A DNA stretch of 54,490 nt. Origin: Gammaproteobacteria bacterium. GTDB taxonomy: Bacteria > Pseudomonadota > Gammaproteobacteria > JBNLBB01. The position numbers were made by a program, and so were the translations under genes. Under the pieces are notes generated by a model that worked only from the letters and a program-made list of their open reading frames with translations, was not told the origin of the DNA and did no database searches. Where the stretch lies: positions 1 to 54,490 of the forward strand of contig JBNLBB010000003.1 in NCBI GenBank assembly GCA_050302415.1, given 5' to 3'. Numbering within the stretch: position 1 is the stretch's first letter; each line of letters begins with the position of its first letter. Shown piece after piece: positions 50,179 through 54,490 of this stretch.

Positions 50179-52008
50179 CTACAAGGTCAGTTGGGCGTAG
50201 AGCTGCGGCAGCTTGTGGGGCAGTTCCGCGGGATTGCGCACCACGGCATAACCGCTGCTGCCGAAGAGGTGTGGCAGGTAGTCCGGCGCCTGCCCGTCGA
50301 TGGTGACGCAGAAGGGGTGGAGCCCCAGGCGGCGGACTTCGCGGATCGCCTGGCGCGTGTCCTCCACGCCGTAGCGTCCCTCGTAGAGGTCCAGGTCATT
50401 GGGCTTGCCGTCGGTGAGCAGCAGCAGCACCCGTCGCCCCGCCGGTTGGGCGGCGAGCTGGGAACCGGCATGGCGGATGGCCGCGCCCATGCGGGTGTAG
50501 TAGCCCGGGCGGATGGCCTGTAGCTGTCCTCGGGCCCGGTCGTCGTAGGGCTGATCGAAGCGTTTGAGATCGAAATAGCGCACATGGTCGCGCCGCCGCG
50601 AGGAGAAGCCGTGGATGGCAAACCGGTCGCGCAGCGCGTGCAGGCTCTCGCCGAAAAGCAGCAGCGCGTCGCGGATCACATCAATGACCCGCTGGTGGTC
50701 GTCGAGCCACGCGTCGGTGGAGAGTGAGAGATCGGCGAGCAGCAGGGTGGCCAGATCGCGTCGGTCGCGGCGCTGCGCCCGGTAGACGGCGGGCTGGGTG
50801 TCCGCCTGGCCTCGCGCGGCTTCGGTACGCTGGCGCAGGACCGCCTCCAGGTCGAGCTCCTGACCGTCGCGTTCGCCACGCTGCCAGCGGGGCGCAGCCG
50901 TCAGCAGCTCCAGGCGCCGGCGCAGGCGCAGGGCGGGTGCCCGCAGGCGGGGCGGCAGCGGCAGCGGTTTGGCGTGGCGCGGCGCCATGGGTAACACCAG
51001 GCAGTGATCGGGGCGCAGTTCACCGCGCCGATAGTCCCACTCCGGTAGGTGGATGCCTGGACCGAGCACCAGATCGTCGTTCTCGGCGGCCGGCAGGTCC
51101 AGGTCAAAGCGCAGTTTCGCTGCGCTGGGTTTGCCTCCCTGGGCGAGGCTCATCAGCTGCAGGTCCTCGGCGGCGCGCTCGGCCCCGGCGGCGTCATCCT
51201 CCTCCGTGGCGCGGTCGACCTTGACGTATTCCGCCCAGCTCAGCAGGGTCTCGAACCGGTTGAAGATCAGGCCACGGCGTCCGTCAGGCAGCGCCACCCG
51301 CTCGCCCTGGCGGCGGCGCCGGTCGCGCTGACGGCTACCGCCGCCTCCGTTCGGTTCGCCGGTGTCTTCAGCCGGCGGCTGCGCACCCGGAGCCTGGAGC
51401 GGAGGGTAGAGCCAGAGCGGCACCGGTGCCGGCGGGCGTGAGGTCTGTTGCGCGGCGACGGCCCGGGCGGGGTCACCCAGGGCGGCGCGGATCGCCTGTT
51501 CCTGGGCAGCCTCCGCAGGGGGCAGCTGCCGGGGGTCGGGCCGTTGCCCGAGATGCGCCTCGACCAGGCGGTGATAGCGCGCGGTGAGGCCCGGGTAGTC
51601 GGTGATCAGCCGGTGGCTCAGCCGGCGGTTGTGCTCCAGCCAGTCGTCGGCGCTCAGGGCGGGCTCGTGGCGCGCCGCGAGAGCCGCCAGCCAGAGGTAG
51701 AGGTCACGGTTGAGGCCGGCGTCGGCGAACAGGGCGATGCGCGGGGGTAGCTGCAGCGTGGCGCAGTCGCGGCTGGCCAGTTCGGCCCGCTCGCCGCTCC
51801 CGGCGAGGCGCTGCAGCCAGTGGCGCCGTGCGCCGTGCTGCCGCCTGTTGCCGGCCACCACCCGCAGGCCGCCATCGCCCCCCAGGGCACGGAACAGCAC
51901 CCCGGTTTCGCGGGTGACCGCCTCGAGGGTGACGGTGGCCTCCGGGTGGTCGCTGCTGGCGGCGCGGGTGACCAGACGGTGCCACAGTTCGCCAATGCGC
52001 TCTTCCAT
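50179..52008 (-). CDS. norD: Nitric oxide reductase activation protein NorD (vWA)
   Basis: MEERIGELWHR, PEWDY, MIDAS DLSLST, YYTRMGAAIRH, LTDGKPNDLD, YEGRYGVEDT. Confidence 0.93.
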   Translation of the reverse strand: MEERIGELWHRLVTRAASSDHPEATVTLEAVTRETGVLFRALGGDGGLRVVAGNRRQHGARRHWLQRLAGSGERAELASRDCATLQLPPRIALFADAGLNRDLYLWLAALAARHEPALSADDWLEHNRRLSHRLITDYPGLTARYHRLVEAHLGQRPDPRQLPPAEAAQEQAIRAALGDPARAVAAQQTSRPPAPVPLWLYPPLQAPGAQPPAEDTGEPNGGGGSRQRDRRRRQGERVALPDGRRGLIFNRFETLLSWAEYVKVDRATEEDDAAGAERAAEDLQLMSLAQGGKPSAAKLRFDLDLPAAENDDLVLGPGIHLPEWDYRRGELRPDHCLVLPMAPRHAKPLPLPPRLRAPALRLRRRLELLTAAPRWQRGERDGQELDLEAVLRQRTEAARGQADTQPAVYRAQRRDRRDLATLLLADLSLSTDAWLDDHQRVIDVIRDALLLFGESLHALRDRFAIHGFSSRRRDHVRYFDLKRFDQPYDDRARGQLQAIRPGYYTRMGAAIRHAGSQLAAQPAGRRVLLLLTDGKPNDLDLYEGRYGVEDTRQAIREVRRLGLHPFCVTIDGQAPDYLPHLFGSSGYAVVRNPAELPHKLPQLYAQLTL

Positions 52009-52012
52009 CGGG

Positions 52013-53050
52013 TTACTCCTTGCGTTGCGGCGGCGCGACCAGCTGGACGCTCCGGCGTGGTGGAGGGTTGCTCAAAAAACAGTGGGGATCGCTGCAGACA
52101 TGGCGTGCACCGAACTCCTGACGCGATACGTCCAGGGCGCATTCACCGCTCACCCACTGCAGCAGGCCGCCTCGCGGATCGGCGCGTTGGACCTGGCTGC
52201 AGGCCTCCAGGCAGCGCCCGCAGTTGGTGCAGGCGAACATGTGGCGCTTGTCCAGGCGCGGTTTCAGGCGCATGGGACAGACGTCATCACAGGCCCCCCC
52301 GCAATCCACGCACGCCGCGGCGCGTGGGCGGTCGAAGCCCACCACCAGGGCGCGGCGGTTGGCCATCCAGAGGTAGCTCTGGAACAGTCCCACGGCGCAG
52401 CCGAACCGGCAGAAGAGGTGGCGCGCCAGGGTGAACTCAATGACGAACACAGTAGTGGCGGCGCCGAGGAAGATCGCCTGGTTGCGGGTGGGGCTGAGCG
52501 CCAGCAGGTTGCCGTAGACCTCCTTGGGGGGCAGCAGGTAGCTGAGCAGGGCTACCGCCCAGAGGAGGGCGAACCCCGCAACGGCGAGCGCCACCACCAG
52601 CCACCAGGCGGGATGGCGCCGTTCGATACGTCCATCCGGGCGCACCGCGGTGAGCGGTTCGCGCTGCCACAAAGTGAGGCGCCCGGCGGCGCGGCGCATC
52701 AGCCCGTTGATGGTTTCCACCACCGAAAAGTGCGGGCAGAACCAGCCGCAGTAGATGCGCCCGTAACGCCAGGCCACCCACAGAAAGAGCCCGGCGGTGG
52801 CGGCCACCGGAAGGAAGCCGCGCAGCAGCAGGTTGAGTGCTGCCTGACCGGGTGTGATCAGCCCCCGTTGCAGACCGTCCAGTCCCAGGGTCCAGTCGAA
52901 TCCGAAGAGGATGAAGTGCCCCAGATGCAGATCGAGCCGGAAAATGTCCAGTGGCGGCGCCAGCACAAAGAGAGTGAAAAAGGCGGTGCGACTCCATAGC
53001 CGCTGCTGTTGGCGGCGGATCGGGGCGGACATGGGGCGCGGATCAGTCAT
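52013..53050 (-). CDS. Membrane 4Fe-4S protein (CcoG/RdxA-like, no C-terminal Ig domain)
   Basis: YCGWFCPH, FCRFGC, CVDC..CDDVCP, CTNCGRCLEAC. Confidence 0.85.
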   Translation of the reverse strand: MTDPRPMSAPIRRQQQRLWSRTAFFTLFVLAPPLDIFRLDLHLGHFILFGFDWTLGLDGLQRGLITPGQAALNLLLRGFLPVAATAGLFLWVAWRYGRIYCGWFCPHFSVVETINGLMRRAAGRLTLWQREPLTAVRPDGRIERRHPAWWLVVALAVAGFALLWAVALLSYLLPPKEVYGNLLALSPTRNQAIFLGAATTVFVIEFTLARHLFCRFGCAVGLFQSYLWMANRRALVVGFDRPRAAACVDCGGACDDVCPMRLKPRLDKRHMFACTNCGRCLEACSQVQRADPRGGLLQWVSGECALDVSRQEFGARHVCSDPHCFLSNPPPRRSVQLVAPPQRKE

Positions 53051-53441
53051 CGGCACGCTCTCCGCGCCAGGAAACACCCACCACCGGATAGCGGAAGGGC
53101 TGACCGGCCAGGGCGCGGGCCATGCCCAGCGCGCCGCACAACACCAGACCGGCATGCACCGTGGTGACATAGAGGATGACGAAGACCCAGGTGGCCGGAT
53201 TGTGGAAATCGCTGACCAGCAGCACGCCGGCGACAAACAGGATCAGCAATCCGCCGGCCCACAGGGAGGCGGCCAGGGTCTGGCGCAGATGGCAATCCGC
53301 CAGCGGTGGGGCCGGACGGGTGCGCCACCAGAGCATCACCAGCAGGGCGAAGGCGAGGCCTGGCAGCACCAGCAGGTTGGCCAGAAAAAGCGCTTCAGCG
53401 CTTATCGCCAGACGGCGTGAATCAAGCGCCCAGGCTGGCAT
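53043..53441 (-). CDS. Small membrane protein of the nor cluster
   Basis: AEALFLANLLVLPG, CHLRQT, VHAGLVLCG, YP; overlaps both neighbours. Confidence 0.72.
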   Translation of the reverse strand: MPAWALDSRRLAISAEALFLANLLVLPGLAFALLVMLWWRTRPAPPLADCHLRQTLAASLWAGGLLILFVAGVLLVSDFHNPATWVFVILYVTTVHAGLVLCGALGMARALAGQPFRYPVVGVSWRGERADD

Positions 53442-54231
53442 GCACCAGTTCCAGCAATGCCCGGGCGGTCTCTTCGTCATCCGTGAGCGGCTCGACCAGC
53501 GCGGCACGGCAGGCCTCCAGGGTGTCGTAGCCCGCCTCCATCAGGGTGGCGGCGTAGACCAGCAGGCGGGTGCTGGCGCTCTCCTCCAGGTCGTGGTCCT
53601 TGAGCGTGCGCAGCGCACCGGCGAGGCGCACCAGGCGCTCGGCCTGGGGCCGCGCGATACCCGATTCACGCACCACGATGTCGGTTTCCAGGTCCGGCTC
53701 CGGGTAGCCGAAGCGCAGGGCGACGAAACGCTGTCGGGTGCTCGGCTTCATCCCCTTGAGCAGGTTCTGGTAGCCCGGGTTGTAAGAGACCACCAGCATG
53801 AAACTGTCAGGCGCCACCAGCTCCTCGCCGGTGCGGTCGATGGGCAGGATGCGGCGGTCATCGGAGAGCGGGTGCAGCACCACGGTGGTATCCTGGCGTG
53901 CCTCCACCACCTCGTCCAGGTAGCAGATGCCTCCCCCGCGTACGGCGCGGGTGAGCGGGCCGTCGTTCCAGTAGGTGCCCTCGGCACCGATGAGGTGGCG
54001 TCCCACCAGGTCGGCGGCGGTGAGATCGTCGTGGCAGGCCACGGTATGCAGGGGCAGGCCGAGCCGCGCCGCCATGTGCGCCACGAAGCGGGTTTTGCCG
54101 CAGCCGGTCGGTCCCTTGAGCAGCACCGGCAGGCGGTTGCGGAAAGCGTGTTCGAAGAGCGCGACTTCACTGCCCTGGGGCACATAGAAGGGCAGCGAAT
54201 CCCCGGTTTGCGGTTTGAGAATGGCGTTCAT
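53422..54231 (-). CDS. norQ: MoxR AAA+ ATPase NorQ/NirQ
   Basis: KGPTGCGKTRF, CHDDL, YLDEVVEAR, SYNPGYQ, KPSTRQRF, STRLL; norD downstream. Confidence 0.93.
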   Translation of the reverse strand: MNAILKPQTGDSLPFYVPQGSEVALFEHAFRNRLPVLLKGPTGCGKTRFVAHMAARLGLPLHTVACHDDLTAADLVGRHLIGAEGTYWNDGPLTRAVRGGGICYLDEVVEARQDTTVVLHPLSDDRRILPIDRTGEELVAPDSFMLVVSYNPGYQNLLKGMKPSTRQRFVALRFGYPEPDLETDIVVRESGIARPQAERLVRLAGALRTLKDHDLEESASTRLLVYAATLMEAGYDTLEACRAALVEPLTDDEETARALLELVHASLGA

Positions 54232-54248
54232 GGGTGGTCTCCGATTCG

Positions 54249-54488
54249 TTAGTGGGCGAGCAGAAAGGCCGTGCCCAGCGCCAGGCCGATCAGCAACAGG
54301 TAGGCGCCCAACAGCAGGCGCCAGAAGAGCCGCACGCCGCGCAGCTCCATGAAGTGGTCCACCACCAGCTGCGCCTTGACGACCGCGATGGCCAGGGCCG
54401 GCAACACCAGGGCGGTGCCCTGTACGCCGCTGCGCCCACCGCCGTAGGTGATCAGGGTGAGGCCCAGGAGCAGCAGCCAGACGGTGGT
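54249..54488 (-). CDS. Cytochrome c oxidase subunit IV-like protein (NorF-like), 5'-truncated
   Basis: Reverse strand reads TTVWLLLLGLTLITY...KAQLVVDHFMELR...LLAH*. Confidence 0.78.
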   Translation of the reverse strand, partial: TTVWLLLLGLTLITYGGGRSGVQGTALVLPALAIAVVKAQLVVDHFMELRGVRLFWRLLLGAYLLLIGLALGTAFLLAH

Positions 54489-54490
54489 GG

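Noticed and set aside
50179-54231. CbbQ/CbbO RuBisCO activase pair
   Set aside because: The D protein has a NorD-type N-terminus and length, and a COX-IV/NorF-like gene lies upstream; nor fits better, though norCB are outside the window

Overview
GC-rich, gene-dense chromosomal segment, probably from a gammaproteobacterium with a microaerobic or denitrifying lifestyle (inference from gene content). In order it holds: a corrinoid uptake/late-synthesis operon (btuB 3' end, btuM, cobB/cbiA, signal-less BtuF-like protein, cbiB, Thr-P decarboxylase, cobQ, cobT); a TIGR03084-type gene with an internally deleted acyl-CoA synthetase remnant, divergent from a Tat-exported Liv-type ABC importer; small accessory genes; an MCP; an uncharacterised gene; a TRAP importer with a NarL regulator and two paralogous sCache_2 kinases, one lacking the aligned phosphoacceptor His; orphan modA, hemerythrin, Pth2, wrbA and a lectin-like protein; ubiH-ubiI divergent from an aromatic-aldehyde dehydrogenase; a tandem dihaem cytochrome c; a lysine dehydrogenase/ALDH7 pair; an E1a/E1b/E2 2-oxoacid dehydrogenase; a hybrid kinase; and the distal part of a nitric-oxide reductase accessory operon (norF-like, norQ, membrane protein, 4Fe-4S protein, norD, FmdE-like, DUF59, His-containing membrane protein). 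I saw no CRISPR array, tRNA/rRNA, integrase or transposase. The best candidates for undescribed systems are the kinase/pseudokinase-TRAP module, the extended nor accessory module, and the BtuM plus cytoplasmic BtuF-like pair. All family calls come from reading motifs by eye; no database searches were run.
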